NCBI GenBank assembly: GCA_020249045.1
Contig: JADCGK010000003.1
Span: forward strand, 17,077 to 81,076
Origin: Azospirillum sp.
GTDB lineage: Bacteria; Pseudomonadota; Alphaproteobacteria; CACIAM-22H2
Direction: 5' to 3'
DNA: 64,000 bases
A program made the translations under genes and the position numbers. How positions within the stretch are numbered: the stretch's first letter is position 1; every line of letters begins with the position of its first letter. Below the pieces are notes generated by a model. It was not told where the DNA came from. It searched no databases and saw only the letters and a list, made by a program, of their open reading frames with translations. Shown one piece after another: positions 17,701 to 29,839 of this stretch.

Positions 17701-19617
17701 ATGAAGCTATTCGGATCATTCGGCGGCGGCGGCGACGGCTGGCGCGACTTCTTCGAAACGGCGCCGGTCGGGCTCTTCGAGATCGATTCCGGCGGCCGAT
17801 TCGTTCGCGCGAACAAGCGATTCGCCGAAATCCTGGGGCGTCCCGCGCCCGAAATCCTCGGCGGCCTGCGATGGGCGGACGTGCTCGCCGAGCCGCTTTC
17901 AATCGCCGATCCCGCCGCAATTTTTGCGGATCCGGCGCAGAGTTCCGGCGATCTGCGGCTTCGCCGCGTGGCCGGCCCCCCGGCGCATGTGACGGTCGAT
18001 ATCGACCGAACCAGCGGCCGCATCCGAGGCCTCGTACGCGACGCCGGACGCGAGCGCGAAATGGCGGAAGCGTTACGCCGCAGCGAACGGACGTTCCGCC
18101 GGTTCTTCGAGAACGCGCCGGTGGGCGTGGCGCTCGTCGATCCGGACGGTCGCCTGACCGAAACCAACGCCGCCTTCCGCAAACTGATCGCGACGGACCG
18201 CGAGACGGCGATCGGCCGGCCGTTGGCCGATTGCGTGGCGCCGGAAGATCGCGAGGATTTGCCGCGGCGCCTGCGGAAACTCGCCGCCGACGCCGTCGCG
18301 CGCGACGCGCCCGACCGTTTGGCCCTGCGCTTGCGCGCCTTCGACGCGGGCGCGGGTCGGGACATCCCCGTGGCGGTCTACGCCCGGCCGCTCGACGACG
18401 TCGCCGGCGCCGAAGGCGCGACGATCCTGCACTTCCTCGACGTGACCGAACAGCGGCGACTCGAGACGCAATTCGCGCAATCCCAGAAGATGCAGGCGGT
18501 CGGCCAACTTGCGGGCGGAGTGGCGCACGATTTCAACAACCTGCTGACGGCGATGATCGGTTTTTGCGATCTGCTGCTGCTGCGCCATCAGCCCGGCGAT
18601 TCGTCGTTCGCCGACATCATGCAGATCCGCCAGAACGCCAACCGCGCGGCGAATCTGGTGCGCCAGTTGCTCGCTTTCTCCCGCCAGCAGACGCTGCAGC
18701 CCAAAGTGCTCGACGCGAGCGAGGCGCTGACCGAGCTTTCCCATCTGCTGCGCCGCCTGATCGGCGCGGCAATCGAGTTGAAGGTCGTGCACGCGCGCGA
18801 CCCTTGGCCGGTGCGCGTCGATCAAGGGCAGCTCGAGCAGGTCATCATCAATCTGGCCGTGAACGCGCGCGACGCGATGCCCCACGGCGGCACGCTGACC
18901 ATCCGCACGTCCAACGCCTCGCGCGCGAAGCCCGAACGCCACGGCGACGAGGAGATTCCGGCCGGCGACTATGTGCGCATCGACGTGGAGGATACGGGCA
19001 CGGGCATTCCGCCCGACATCCTCGGGCGGATCTTCGAGCCGTTCTTCTCGACCAAGGAAGTCGGCTCGGGAACCGGGCTGGGGCTTTCGACCGTCTACGG
19101 CATCGTTCGCCAGACCGGCGGCTTCGTGCTGGTGGAGACCGAGCAAGGCAAGGGATCGACCTTCACGCTGCTTTTGCCGCGTTGGACGGGGCCGGCGGGT
19201 GCGCAAGGCGGCGTGGAGCCCGCGCGCAAACGCGACCTGACCGGTGCCGGCACCATCCTGCTGGTCGAGGACGAGGATGCCGTCCGCCTGTTCGGCGCGC
19301 GCGCGCTGCGCAACAAGGGGTACAAGGTGGTCGAGGCCAAAACGGGGGATGCCGCGCTCGACATCGTGCGCGAGATGGGCGCCGAAATCGATCTTCTGAT
19401 CACCGATGTCGTCATGCCCCAAATGGACGGAACCACGCTGATCCGCGAGGCGCGCAAGCTTTTTCCGGCGCTGAAGATCGTCTGCATTTCCGGGTATGCG
19501 GAGGAGCAGTTCCGCCAGAACCTGGAAGGCTTCGAGAACGTCCATTTCCTGCCCAAGCCCTTCAGCCTGGATCAGCTCGCAGGGAAAGCCAAGGAGGCGA
19601 TGCGCGCCTCGCCCTGA
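17701..19617 (+). CDS. cckA: CckA-like hybrid histidine kinase (PAS-PAS-HisKA-HATPase-REC) without transmembrane region
   Basis: ATG at 17701 is the first codon after an in-frame TAA at 17686. H-box region [34 protein letters not shown], and [15 protein letters not shown], match my recollection of CckA signatures. C-terminal REC ([11 protein letters not shown]...DVVMPQMDG...LPKPF). Confidence 0.7.
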   Translation: MKLFGSFGGGGDGWRDFFETAPVGLFEIDSGGRFVRANKRFAEILGRPAPEILGGLRWADVLAEPLSIADPAAIFADPAQSSGDLRLRRVAGPPAHVTVDIDRTSGRIRGLVRDAGREREMAEALRRSERTFRRFFENAPVGVALVDPDGRLTETNAAFRKLIATDRETAIGRPLADCVAPEDREDLPRRLRKLAADAVARDAPDRLALRLRAFDAGAGRDIPVAVYARPLDDVAGAEGATILHFLDVTEQRRLETQFAQSQKMQAVGQLAGGVAHDFNNLLTAMIGFCDLLLLRHQPGDSSFADIMQIRQNANRAANLVRQLLAFSRQQTLQPKVLDASEALTELSHLLRRLIGAAIELKVVHARDPWPVRVDQGQLEQVIINLAVNARDAMPHGGTLTIRTSNASRAKPERHGDEEIPAGDYVRIDVEDTGTGIPPDILGRIFEPFFSTKEVGSGTGLGLSTVYGIVRQTGGFVLVETEQGKGSTFTLLLPRWTGPAGAQGGVEPARKRDLTGAGTILLVEDEDAVRLFGARALRNKGYKVVEAKTGDAALDIVREMGAEIDLLITDVVMPQMDGTTLIREARKLFPALKIVCISGYAEEQFRQNLEGFENVHFLPKPFSLDQLAGKAKEAMRASP

Positions 19618-19626
19618 CCGCGGCGG

Positions 19627-21447
19627 TCAGAGGGCGCCGGCGCGGATCCAAAAACGGAAGACGCTGCCCGCGCCCGGCGCGCTCTTCGCCTCGATGCCGC
19701 CGTCCATCGCGGCGGCCAAACGCTTGCAGATCGCAAGCCCCAATCCGGTCCCCCCGCGCGTGCGCGTCGTCGAGGTGTCGGCCTGATAGAACGGCACGAA
19801 CAGCCGGGCGAGCGTCGCCTCGTCCATGCCGATGCCGGTATCGGCGACTTCGCCGGTCAAGCGCCAGCGGCCGTCCGGCTCCCGGTCGGCGGTGAAGCGC
19901 ACGTCGATGCGGCCGCGCTCGGTGAACTTGATCGCGTTGCCGACCAGATTGACGACGACCTGGCGCAAGCGGCCGCCGTCGCCCGCGACACGGTGCGGCA
20001 GACCGGGCGCGATCCGGAACACGAGCGCGTTGCCACGCTCCGCCGCACGGGCCTGAAGACCGGCGACCGCCGATTCGATCGTTTCGACCGGGTCGTAGGC
20101 GCCATGGGCGAGTTGGAGTTTGCCCGCCTCGAGCTTGGCGAGATCCAGCAGGTCGTCGACGATCGCGATCAAGGCTTCGGCCGAAGCGCGCGCGATCGCC
20201 GCCCACCGCGCTTGCTGGGGTGCCAGCGGCGAATCCTCGATCAGATCGAGCGTGCCGATCACCCCGTTGAGCGGCGTACGCAACTCGTGACTCACCATCG
20301 CGAGGAATTCCGACTTGGCGCGGTTGGCGGCCTCGGCGGCGAAGCGCGCGCGCTCGGTTTCCGTCTCGTCGCGGATCGTGGCGAACACGCGCCGGGCGAC
20401 GCGCGCGGCGTCGAACTCCACGCGGAAATCCTCGCGCACGTAGCGGATCGCGCCGTCCGGGCGGACCATCCGATAGCGCCGCGTGCCGCGCGCCTGGGGC
20501 GTGCGGAAGACGTCGAGAAGGCCCTCGCGGTCGTCCGGGTGCACGCAAGCGAGCCAGGCTTCGCGCGTCGCGGGCGCGTTCTCCGGGACGCCCCAAATCG
20601 CGCGGGCGCGCGGCGACCAATTCTGCGCGGCGTCGTCGCGGTCGGCCGTCCACCACCCCAGTTCGGCGACGTTCAAGGCCAGCGCCAGATGCGCCTGGGT
20701 TTCGTTGAGCGCGGTCATGTCGCGCACGACCGTCGCGATGCCGCCCGCGCGGGTGCGGCGTTCGATCGTGCGGTAGACGCGCCCCACATGCCCGCCCTCG
20801 ACGATCGGCGGTCCCGGATTGCGGTGCCGTTCGAGCCGCTCGAGACGCCAAATCTCCCGGACGGCGGCGTCGCTGAATTGCGGCAAGACCGACGCCAGAT
20901 GCGCGATCAGCGCCTCGAACTGCACGCCGTGGCGCAGCACCGGCGCGAGTTGGGGGAACATTTCGAGGTAGCGGCGGTTGTAGACGACGACACGGTCGGC
21001 GGCGTCGCACAGGCAGAACCCGTCCGACAGCGATTCGAGTCCGTCGGCGATCAAGGCCTCGGCGTCCTTCAACGCCGTCACGTCGACGACGGTGCCGATC
21101 CGCAAGGAGCCTTCGGCCGCCTGGCCGATTTCGCGGAACCAGCGATACTCGCCCGAGTCCGACCGAGCGCGGTAGACGACATCCATCCGCTCGCCGCCGC
21201 GCAACGCGCGATGGGCGGCCAAGTAGGCGCGTCTGTCGTCCGGATGCAGGTATCTCGCCAGCATCAACAGGTCCGCGCGCGCGAAGGCGACGGGATCAAA
21301 GCGCCAAACGCGCGGCAGATTGGGCGAGTAGCGGAATCGGCCGACGCTTACGTCCCACTGCCACGTCGCGGCACCCGAAATCTCGAGCGCCTGTTCGAGA
21401 TGCGCGGCCAGCATCGTGCGGTCGGGATCGATGTCGCTTGCGTTCAC
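19627..21447 (-). CDS. Soluble multi-PAS sensor histidine kinase (no receiver)
   Basis: GTG start at 21445-21447 per the track; an alternative ATG at 21412-21414 (MLAAHLEQ). Three PAS-like segments. H-box SHELRTPLNGVIG. HATPase N, G1 and G2 boxes. Confidence 0.8.
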   Translation of the reverse strand: MNASDIDPDRTMLAAHLEQALEISGAATWQWDVSVGRFRYSPNLPRVWRFDPVAFARADLLMLARYLHPDDRRAYLAAHRALRGGERMDVVYRARSDSGEYRWFREIGQAAEGSLRIGTVVDVTALKDAEALIADGLESLSDGFCLCDAADRVVVYNRRYLEMFPQLAPVLRHGVQFEALIAHLASVLPQFSDAAVREIWRLERLERHRNPGPPIVEGGHVGRVYRTIERRTRAGGIATVVRDMTALNETQAHLALALNVAELGWWTADRDDAAQNWSPRARAIWGVPENAPATREAWLACVHPDDREGLLDVFRTPQARGTRRYRMVRPDGAIRYVREDFRVEFDAARVARRVFATIRDETETERARFAAEAANRAKSEFLAMVSHELRTPLNGVIGTLDLIEDSPLAPQQARWAAIARASAEALIAIVDDLLDLAKLEAGKLQLAHGAYDPVETIESAVAGLQARAAERGNALVFRIAPGLPHRVAGDGGRLRQVVVNLVGNAIKFTERGRIDVRFTADREPDGRWRLTGEVADTGIGMDEATLARLFVPFYQADTSTTRTRGGTGLGLAICKRLAAAMDGGIEAKSAPGAGSVFRFWIRAGAL

Positions 21448-21499
21448 GCCGTCTTCGCCTTTTGGAGCGCATTATGGCAAACCGACATACGATTGACCG

Positions 21500-22033
21500 T
21501 TATCGTTTGGAACGCAAGCGTGGCGGCCCGAAGGTTGCGGGCGACAGAACCGTCGCTGCGGGCCCGCCCGCACCGACCGGCCGGGGCGCGTGCCGGCCGA
21601 GGCTCAAGACCCGGTCGTACATGACGAGACCGCCGGCCAGCGCCACGTTGACGCAGAATTTCGTCGGGATCTTGACCACGAATTCGCACAGGGCGGTCGC
21701 TTCGGGCGACAGCGACCCGCGTTCGGGACCGAGAATATAGGCCGCCGCGCGCGGATGCCGGAAACTGGGCAGGTCGATGGCGTCGGGCGTGAGTTCGATG
21801 CCGACCAGCGCGCAGCCGACCGGCAGACGCAGATCGGCGAGCGTGGGCCAGTCGTAGATCGGGATGCTTGCCGCCGAATCCGACGTGTCGGCACGGTTGG
21901 CTTCGCGCCGGTCGAAAGCGGCCGCGACCGTGAACGCGAACGAGGCGCCGAAGGCGTGCGCCGTTCGCGCCAGCGCGCCCAGATTCATGGGTTTGGAGAT
22001 GCCCTCGACCCCGATGCCGAAATAACCCTTCAT
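21500..22033 (-). CDS. TrmH/SpoU-family RNA methyltransferase (TrmL-like, single domain)
   Basis: 177 aa; cat verified at 22031-22033. The motifs GISKPMNLGALARTAHAFGA, ILGPERGSLSPEA and KIPTKFCVNVALAGGLVMYD align with E. coli TrmL. Confidence 0.65.
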   Translation of the reverse strand: MKGYFGIGVEGISKPMNLGALARTAHAFGASFAFTVAAAFDRREANRADTSDSAASIPIYDWPTLADLRLPVGCALVGIELTPDAIDLPSFRHPRAAAYILGPERGSLSPEATALCEFVVKIPTKFCVNVALAGGLVMYDRVLSLGRHAPRPVGAGGPAATVLSPATFGPPRLRSKR

Positions 22034-22084
22034 GCCACGGGGAACTTGCCCCGGTGCGGCGCCCAAGGCAAGGTGCGGCCCGTC

Positions 22085-23089
22085 ATGACAGCCCCTCTCG
22101 AAGTCGAAATCGTCCGCGGCGATGCGGTCGAATCCCGCCACCGCGTCGCAGTCGCCGTCGTCGCGGCCGACGGCGCCTTGGTGCGCGCGCACGGCGACGT
22201 TGCCGCGCCGGTTTTTCCGCGCTCCGCGATCAAGCCGATCCAATCGCTCGGCCTTGTCGAAACGGGGGCCGCCGACGCCTTTGCCGTGCCCGAACCGCGC
22301 TTGGCGCTCGCCGCCGCCAGCCATGGCGGCGAACCGATGCACGTCTCGGCCGTGCTCGATTGGCTGCCGAAGCTCGGTCTCGACGAAGGCGCGCTCGCGT
22401 GCGGGCCGCATATGCCCACGCACGCGCCCTCGGCCGAAGCGCTGATCCGCGCGAGCGCGCCGGCCACGCGCGCGCACAACAATTGTTCGGGCAAGCATTC
22501 GGGCATGCTGACCGTGTGCCGGCATCTGGATCTGCCGGTCGCCGGCTACGAGCGCCCGGATCACCCGCTGCAAAAGCGCATCGAGGGCGTCTACGAGGAC
22601 TTTCTGTCGATCAAGATGGCTGGGTTGCCGCGCGGCATCGACGGCTGCTCGCTGCCGCAGATCGCCGTACCGCTCGACCGTATGGCGCTGGGTATCGCCC
22701 GGTTCGGGGCGCCGGACGGCGTCTTCGACGCCACGCGCGCCGCCGCGTGCAAGCGAATGGCGGCAGCGATCGTCGCGCATCCCTACATGCTGGCGGGGAC
22801 CGGGCGCTTTTGCACCCGCGCCCTGATCGCCGCGCGCGGTCATGCGGTGTTGAAGACCGGCGCGGAGGGCGTCTACCTCGCGGCCGTGCCCGGGCGCAAA
22901 ATCGGCATCGCGCTGAAGGTCGCGGATGGCGCCGGCCGGGCGGCGGAAGTGGCGATGGCCAAACTGCTCGACGACTACGGCGCGTTCGCGGACACGCCGC
23001 GCGCCGAAGTGGAGGCGTTGCTCAAGCCCGAACTGCGCAATTACGCGGGGCTCCGGGTCGGCGAGATCCGCCCCGCGCCGAATTGGTGA
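22085..23089 (+). CDS. Asparaginase II family protein (PF06089-like)
   Basis: ATG at 22085 verified. 334 aa. Conserved SAIKPIQ ... GKHSGML motifs. Confidence 0.7.
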   Translation: MTAPLEVEIVRGDAVESRHRVAVAVVAADGALVRAHGDVAAPVFPRSAIKPIQSLGLVETGAADAFAVPEPRLALAAASHGGEPMHVSAVLDWLPKLGLDEGALACGPHMPTHAPSAEALIRASAPATRAHNNCSGKHSGMLTVCRHLDLPVAGYERPDHPLQKRIEGVYEDFLSIKMAGLPRGIDGCSLPQIAVPLDRMALGIARFGAPDGVFDATRAAACKRMAAAIVAHPYMLAGTGRFCTRALIAARGHAVLKTGAEGVYLAAVPGRKIGIALKVADGAGRAAEVAMAKLLDDYGAFADTPRAEVEALLKPELRNYAGLRVGEIRPAPNW

Positions 23090-23108
23090 ACGGCGGCCTC
23101 GTCTAGGC

Positions 23109-23510
23109 TCAGCCGACCGCGGCGAGCTTGGCGGCGGCGATTTCGAGCTTGGCGGCGAGCGGCAGGCGCTCGTCGTCCGAGGTCGCGGCCGCGAGCTTCG
23201 CGCGCAGGGCCTCGATCTCGCCCGACACCGCGCCCTTATCGATCTCCGACAGGCGCGCGGCTTCCTCGGCCAGGACCGTGACGCCGTCGGCGGTCACTTC
23301 GGCGAAGCCGCCGGCGACGAAGATGCGGTCCTTGACCGCACCCGCGTCGTGCACGTCGATCGTGCCGAAGCGCAACGTCGACACCACGGGCGAATGCCCC
23401 TTGAGCACGCCGAAATCGCCTTCGCCGCCGGGGACGACGACCATGTCGACGTCCTCGGACAGCACGAGGCGCTCGGGGCTGACCAGTTCGAACTTGGTCT
23501 TGCCCGTCAT
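23109..23510 (-). CDS. atpC: F0F1 ATP synthase subunit epsilon
   Basis: 133 aa. [36 protein letters not shown] is typical of epsilon. Coordinates taken from the ORF track. Confidence 0.9.
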   Translation of the reverse strand: MTGKTKFELVSPERLVLSEDVDMVVVPGGEGDFGVLKGHSPVVSTLRFGTIDVHDAGAVKDRIFVAGGFAEVTADGVTVLAEEAARLSEIDKGAVSGEIEALRAKLAAATSDDERLPLAAKLEIAAAKLAAVG

Positions 23511-23511
23511 C

Positions 23512-24960
<1,449 letters not shown>

Positions 24961-25842
24961 TCAGACGGCTTCCGCGCCGGAGATGATCTCGATCAATTCC
25001 TTCGTGATCGAGGCCTGGCGCGAGCGGTTGTAGTTGAGGGTGAGTTTCTTGATCATGTCGCCGGCGTTGCGCGTGGCGTTGTCCATCGCGGTCATCCGCG
25101 CGCCCTGCTCGGAAGCGGCGTTCTCGAGCAGCGAGCGGTAGACCTGGACCGACAGATTGCGCGGCAGCAACGCGGCGAGGATTTCGCCTTCTTCGGGTTC
25201 GTATTCGTACACGGCGCCCGTGCCCGCACCCGCGGGTGCGGCGCCGGCTTCGGCCGCGAACGGCACGATCTGCAGGCGCGTCGGGATCTGCGCGATCGCC
25301 GACTTGAAGCGCGCGTAGTAGAGCGCGGCGACGTCGAATTCGCCCGCATCGAACATCGCCAGGATCTTCTGCGCGACGCTTTGCGCGTCGGCGAAGCCCA
25401 GACGCTTCTTCGGCAGATCGACCGAACCGACGATCAGATCGGCGTAGTCGCGGCGCAGCGCGTCGCGGCCCTTGCGGCCGACGCACAGGATCTTGGCCTG
25501 CTTGCCCTCGGCCTGGAGCTTGCGGATCTCCGCGCGCGCCAGGCGCACGATGACCGAGTTGAAGCCGCCGCACAGGCCGCGATCGGACGTGCAGACCACC
25601 AACAGATGGACCTTGTCCGAACCGGTGCCCGCCAGCAGCTTGGGCGCGCCCGCGCCCGCCGTCGCGGCGCCGGCGAGCGAGGCCAGCACCTTGCCCATAC
25701 GCTCGGCGTAGGGGCGCGCGGCTTCCGCCTGCTCCTGCGCACGGCGCAGCTTGGCGGCGGCGACCATCTTCATGGCGGACGTGATCTTCTGCGTCGACTT
25801 GACCGACGCGATCCGCATCCGGAGTGTTTTAAGGCTCGGCAT
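24961..25842 (-). CDS. atpG: F0F1 ATP synthase subunit gamma
   Basis: 293 aa. [36 protein letters not shown]. Confidence 0.9.
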   Translation of the reverse strand: MPSLKTLRMRIASVKSTQKITSAMKMVAAAKLRRAQEQAEAARPYAERMGKVLASLAGAATAGAGAPKLLAGTGSDKVHLLVVCTSDRGLCGGFNSVIVRLARAEIRKLQAEGKQAKILCVGRKGRDALRRDYADLIVGSVDLPKKRLGFADAQSVAQKILAMFDAGEFDVAALYYARFKSAIAQIPTRLQIVPFAAEAGAAPAGAGTGAVYEYEPEEGEILAALLPRNLSVQVYRSLLENAASEQGARMTAMDNATRNAGDMIKKLTLNYNRSRQASITKELIEIISGAEAV

Positions 25843-25883
25843 GAGCGCCTCGACCCTTCCCTATTTCCGGCTCAGCCGTCCGC

Positions 25884-27413
25884 TCAGGCGAACGTCTTGA
25901 CGAACGCGTCGAGCAGACCGCGCAGCTTCTTGTCGGTCTCGGGCTTGATCTCGCGGTCGGTGCGGATGGCGCCCAGGATGTCCTGGTGCTTGGCGCGCAC
26001 TTCCGACATGAACGCGGCCTCGAAGCGGCCGACGTCCTTGGTCGCGACGCTGTCGAGATAGCCGTTCACGCCGGCGAAGATCGCCACGACCTGCTCTTCG
26101 ACGGGCAGCGGCGAGTATTGCGGCTGCTTGAGCAGTTCGGTCAGGCGCGCGCCGCGCGCGAGCAGCTTCTGGGTCGACGCGTCGAGATCCGAGGCGAACT
26201 GCGCGAAGGCGGCCATTTCGCGGTACTGAGCGAGCTCGAGCTTGATCTTGCCCGCGACCTGTTTCATCGCCTTGATCTGCGCGGCCGAACCCACGCGGCT
26301 GACCGACAGGCCGACGTTGATGGCCGGACGGATACCCTTATAGAACAGGTCCGTTTCGAGGAAGATCTGCCCGTCGGTGATCGAAATCACGTTAGTCGGA
26401 ATGTAGGCCGACACGTCGCCCGCCTGGGTTTCGATGACCGGCAGCGCCGTCAGCGAGCCCGCCTTCATGGCGTCGGACATCTTCGCCGCGCGCTCCAGCA
26501 GGCGCGAGTGCAGATAGAACACGTCGCCCGGGTAGGCTTCGCGGCCCGGCGGACGGCGCAGCAGCAGCGACATCTGGCGGTAGGCGACGGCCTGCTTGGA
26601 AAGATCGTCATAGACGATAACCGCATGCATGCCGTTGTCGCGGAAATACTCGCCCATCGCGCAGCCCGTGTAGGGCGCGAGGAACTGCAGCGGCGCCGGG
26701 TCCGACGCGGTCGCCGCGACGACGATGCAGTACTGCATCGCGCCGTAGTCTTCGAGCGTCTTGACGATGCGCGCGACGGTCGAACGCTTCTGGCCGACGC
26801 AGACATAGATGCAGTAGAGCTTCTTGGACTCGTCGTCGCCCGCGTTGATCGGCTTTTGGTTGATGAACGTGTCGATGGCGACGGCGGTCTTGCCGGTCTG
26901 ACGGTCGCCGATGATCAACTCGCGCTGGCCGCGGCCGACGGGCACGAGCGCGTCGATCGCCTTGAGGCCGGTCTGCATCGGCTCGTGCACCGACTTGCGC
27001 GCGATGATGCCGGGGGCCTTCAGCTCGACGCGGCGCTTTTCGGTCGCCTGGATCGGGCCCTTGCCGTCGATCGGGTTGCCGAGACCGTCGACCACGCGGC
27101 CGAGCAGGCCCTTGCCGATCGGCGTTTCGACGATGGCGCCCGTCCGCTTGACCGTGTCGCCTTCCTTGATGTCCCGGTCGTCGCCGAAGATCACGACGCC
27201 GACGTTGTCGGTCTCGAGGTTCAGCGCCATCCCTTTGATGCCGCCGGGGAATTCGACCATCTCGCCGGCCTGGACCTTGTCGAGGCCGTAGACGCGGGCG
27301 ATGCCGTCGCCGACCGAGATCACCTGACCGACTTCCGCAACGTCCGCGGCGGTGTCGAACTTGGCGATCTGGTCCTTCAGAATGGCGGAGATTTCGGCGG
27401 CGCGAATATCCAT
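25884..27413 (-). CDS. atpA: F0F1 ATP synthase subunit alpha
   Basis: 509 aa. GDRQTGKT P-loop; canonical alpha-subunit sequence. Confidence 0.95.
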   Translation of the reverse strand: MDIRAAEISAILKDQIAKFDTAADVAEVGQVISVGDGIARVYGLDKVQAGEMVEFPGGIKGMALNLETDNVGVVIFGDDRDIKEGDTVKRTGAIVETPIGKGLLGRVVDGLGNPIDGKGPIQATEKRRVELKAPGIIARKSVHEPMQTGLKAIDALVPVGRGQRELIIGDRQTGKTAVAIDTFINQKPINAGDDESKKLYCIYVCVGQKRSTVARIVKTLEDYGAMQYCIVVAATASDPAPLQFLAPYTGCAMGEYFRDNGMHAVIVYDDLSKQAVAYRQMSLLLRRPPGREAYPGDVFYLHSRLLERAAKMSDAMKAGSLTALPVIETQAGDVSAYIPTNVISITDGQIFLETDLFYKGIRPAINVGLSVSRVGSAAQIKAMKQVAGKIKLELAQYREMAAFAQFASDLDASTQKLLARGARLTELLKQPQYSPLPVEEQVVAIFAGVNGYLDSVATKDVGRFEAAFMSEVRAKHQDILGAIRTDREIKPETDKKLRGLLDAFVKTFA

Positions 27414-27435
27414 CTTGGTACCCTCTTCCGGAATA

Positions 27436-27996
27436 TCAGGCCCGACCCGCGAGGGTCAGGTGGAGACGCTTGAGTTGGCCTTGCAGCGAGGCGTCGACGA
27501 GGCGGGAACCCACCTTCACCTTCAGCCCGCCCAGGATGCGGGGGTCGACCTTGAGGTCGAGCGAGATCTTGCGGCCAGCGCGGCCCGCGAGCGCGGCTTC
27601 CAGCGCCGCTTTCTGCGCGTCGGTCAACTCGACCGCCGACACGACTTCGGCGGTCGTTTCGCCGCGCTTGGCGGCCAAAAGATCGCGATACGCGGCGAAA
27701 ATCGTCGAAAAACCGCCCAGACGGCGGTTCCGGGCGAGCGTGCCGAGGAAGCGGCGCACCAAATCGCCGATCCCGAGCGCCTGGGCGACCGCCAAAAGGG
27801 CGGCTTCCTGCGCCTTGCGCGGCAGCAGCGGGCTCGACATCGCGCGGCGCAAATCGGCCGACTGGCTGCGCGCGGCTTCGATCTTCTTGAGGTCGGCCAG
27901 AACGGCGTCCAGGGCCTTGCCTTCATCGGCCAATTCGTAGAGCGCGCCCGCGTAACGCTGAGCGAGGCCGGCGGCGACGGAACTGTCGGATGCCAC
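27436..27996 (-). CDS. atpH: F0F1 ATP synthase subunit delta
   Basis: 186 aa. First gene of the atpHAGDC operon (F1 operon separated from F0, as in alphaproteobacteria). Confidence 0.85.
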   Translation of the reverse strand: MASDSSVAAGLAQRYAGALYELADEGKALDAVLADLKKIEAARSQSADLRRAMSSPLLPRKAQEAALLAVAQALGIGDLVRRFLGTLARNRRLGGFSTIFAAYRDLLAAKRGETTAEVVSAVELTDAQKAALEAALAGRAGRKISLDLKVDPRILGGLKVKVGSRLVDASLQGQLKRLHLTLAGRA

Positions 27997-28237
27997 GGAG
28001 CGGACTTCCTTTTGGACCGGAATTGCGACCCCCTCGAGCGGGCCGCAACCCCATTGAAAAACAACAGAAAACCAGGCGGGATAGATCGCCTTCCCACCGG
28101 CGCGGGCGAGTAGCTACCACAGCCCCCCTCGCGATGCAATAAGCCTCGGCCCGTCGTCGGCGGAAGTCGGTGAATTCAGACTCGATTAAGCGCTTCGCGA
28201 GATAGTCTTGGCGTCTCGCAGGGATTTTCAGCCGACA

Positions 28238-29836
28238 ATGACCGCTTCGCCCGACATGGTGACAAAGCGACGCACCCGCGCCGCGACGCCGTTCCTGGCG
28301 GCGGCGGTGGCGAGCGCTTTGATCTTCTTGGGCGCGTTCATGGCTGCGGAGTTCGACCGGCAGGCGACGCGCACGCACGGCGAAGCGCACTACGCCGACC
28401 TCCTGCACTTGCAAAGCGAGCGCGTGGAAAGCTTCGTCGACCGCATCGCGCAAAGCCTGCGTTTCATCGCCTATTTGCAGGAGCGCGACGGCGCGCCGCC
28501 CGATCTCGCCGCACTCGTCGCCGGCAATCGGCTCGACGCCAGCGACGTGCTGCAATTCGCCTCGATCGACGCCGAGGGCATGGTTCGCGCCTCGAATTTG
28601 CCGCTGGGCCGGGCGTCGGTTTCGATCGCCGATCGGCCGCATTTTCGCGCCGCCGCGCAAGGCGGGGACGGGGTGCAATTCAGCCGCCCCGTGTTGGGCC
28701 GCGTGTCGGGGCAATGGAGCGTGCAGATGGTGCGCGCGGTGCGCTCGGAATCGGGGGCGTTTCTCGGGGTCGTCGGGGCGTCGATCGACACGGGCGTGTT
28801 GGATCGCTTGCTGGACGTGCCGGGCTTCGAGGGCGGCTTCGCGCTGATCGGCGCGGACGGCGCCGTCCGCGCGCGCACGCCGCCGAACTCGGAGCGGCGC
28901 AACGTCGACGATCCGGCGCATCCGTTGGTCGCGCGGATGCGCGAATCGGAAACGGGCGTTTGGGAAGGTCCGCCGCCGTGGGCCGAAACGCCGAAGGTCG
29001 CGCTGTGGCGGAAGGTGGATTCGCATCCGCTTTACGTCGTCGCGGCCGTTCCCGCGGCGACGCTGACCGCCGACGCGACCGCGCGTGCGCGCTACTACTG
29101 GGCCGCCGCGGGCCTCGCCGCGGGCGGCACTTTCGTCTTCGCCGCGTTCGCGGCACGCCGGCGCGCGCGTCTGGAGGCGACGCTGGCACGCGCGCGCGCC
29201 GCCGCGATCGAACAGGCCCGTCTCCTCGATTCCTTGGGCACGGATCTGCGCGGCCCCGTCGACATCCTGCGCTGGTCGATCGATACGCTCGCCGACCCGG
29301 CCGACGAACCCGCACGCCGTCGAGCACTCGCCGATTTGCGCCGGGCGGACGCCGCCTTGGCCCGCGCGGCGGACGACGCGGCCGTTTTGGCCCGACTGAT
29401 GCGCGATTCCTCGGCGGTCGAATCCCGGCCGATCGACGCGCGCGATTGGGCGCGCGGCGCCTTCGAAACGGCGCGCGCGCGCGCGGGCGGCGCGGGCGTC
29501 ACGTGCGATTTGGCGTTGGATTTGCCCGAGGGCTTGCGCATCGTCGCCGACGAGAAGGGATTGCGCCGCGTGGCGGAAACGCTGCTCGGCGCGGCGTTCG
29601 AGCGCGCGGGCCGCAGCGGGCGCGTCGGTTTTTCGGTCGGCGCGCGCGGGCTCGACGCCCGCACCGTGGAAATCGCCATCGCGGTTTCGGCATCCGGCGA
29701 AGCCTTGCGCCCGGACGCGCAAACCGGCGGCATGGCGACGGCGCTGGCCCAGGCGCTGGGCGGGCGCGTCGAACGCCTGGCGGGGCCCAACGGCACGCTC
29801 GACGTTTTCAAAGCCGGCTTCGCGCGCGCGGCCTGA
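28238..29836 (+). CDS. Membrane sensor with periplasmic Cache-like domain and degenerate (pseudo) histidine-kinase module
   Basis: First ATG at 28238; the track ORF starts at the TTG at 28208. Two TM helices flank a roughly 240-aa periplasmic domain with a Cache-like DRPHF...GVQFSRPV core. The HisKA-like helix reads SLGTDLRGPVDIL, with no His at the phospho-acceptor position. In the HATPase-like region the N-box Asn and the G1 Asp are replaced (LLGAAFERAG; AVSASGEAL). Confidence 0.6.
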   Translation: MTASPDMVTKRRTRAATPFLAAAVASALIFLGAFMAAEFDRQATRTHGEAHYADLLHLQSERVESFVDRIAQSLRFIAYLQERDGAPPDLAALVAGNRLDASDVLQFASIDAEGMVRASNLPLGRASVSIADRPHFRAAAQGGDGVQFSRPVLGRVSGQWSVQMVRAVRSESGAFLGVVGASIDTGVLDRLLDVPGFEGGFALIGADGAVRARTPPNSERRNVDDPAHPLVARMRESETGVWEGPPPWAETPKVALWRKVDSHPLYVVAAVPAATLTADATARARYYWAAAGLAAGGTFVFAAFAARRRARLEATLARARAAAIEQARLLDSLGTDLRGPVDILRWSIDTLADPADEPARRRALADLRRADAALARAADDAAVLARLMRDSSAVESRPIDARDWARGAFETARARAGGAGVTCDLALDLPEGLRIVADEKGLRRVAETLLGAAFERAGRSGRVGFSVGARGLDARTVEIAIAVSASGEALRPDAQTGGMATALAQALGGRVERLAGPNGTLDVFKAGFARAA

Positions 29837-29839
29837 GCG

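Noticed and set aside
23109-23510. Apparent frameshift in atpC when reading the printed sequence around 23460 (extra C)
   Set aside because: The ORF track gives an intact 133-aa epsilon subunit, and downstream coordinates resynchronise. Most likely a counting or line-length artefact on my side rather than a pseudogene.
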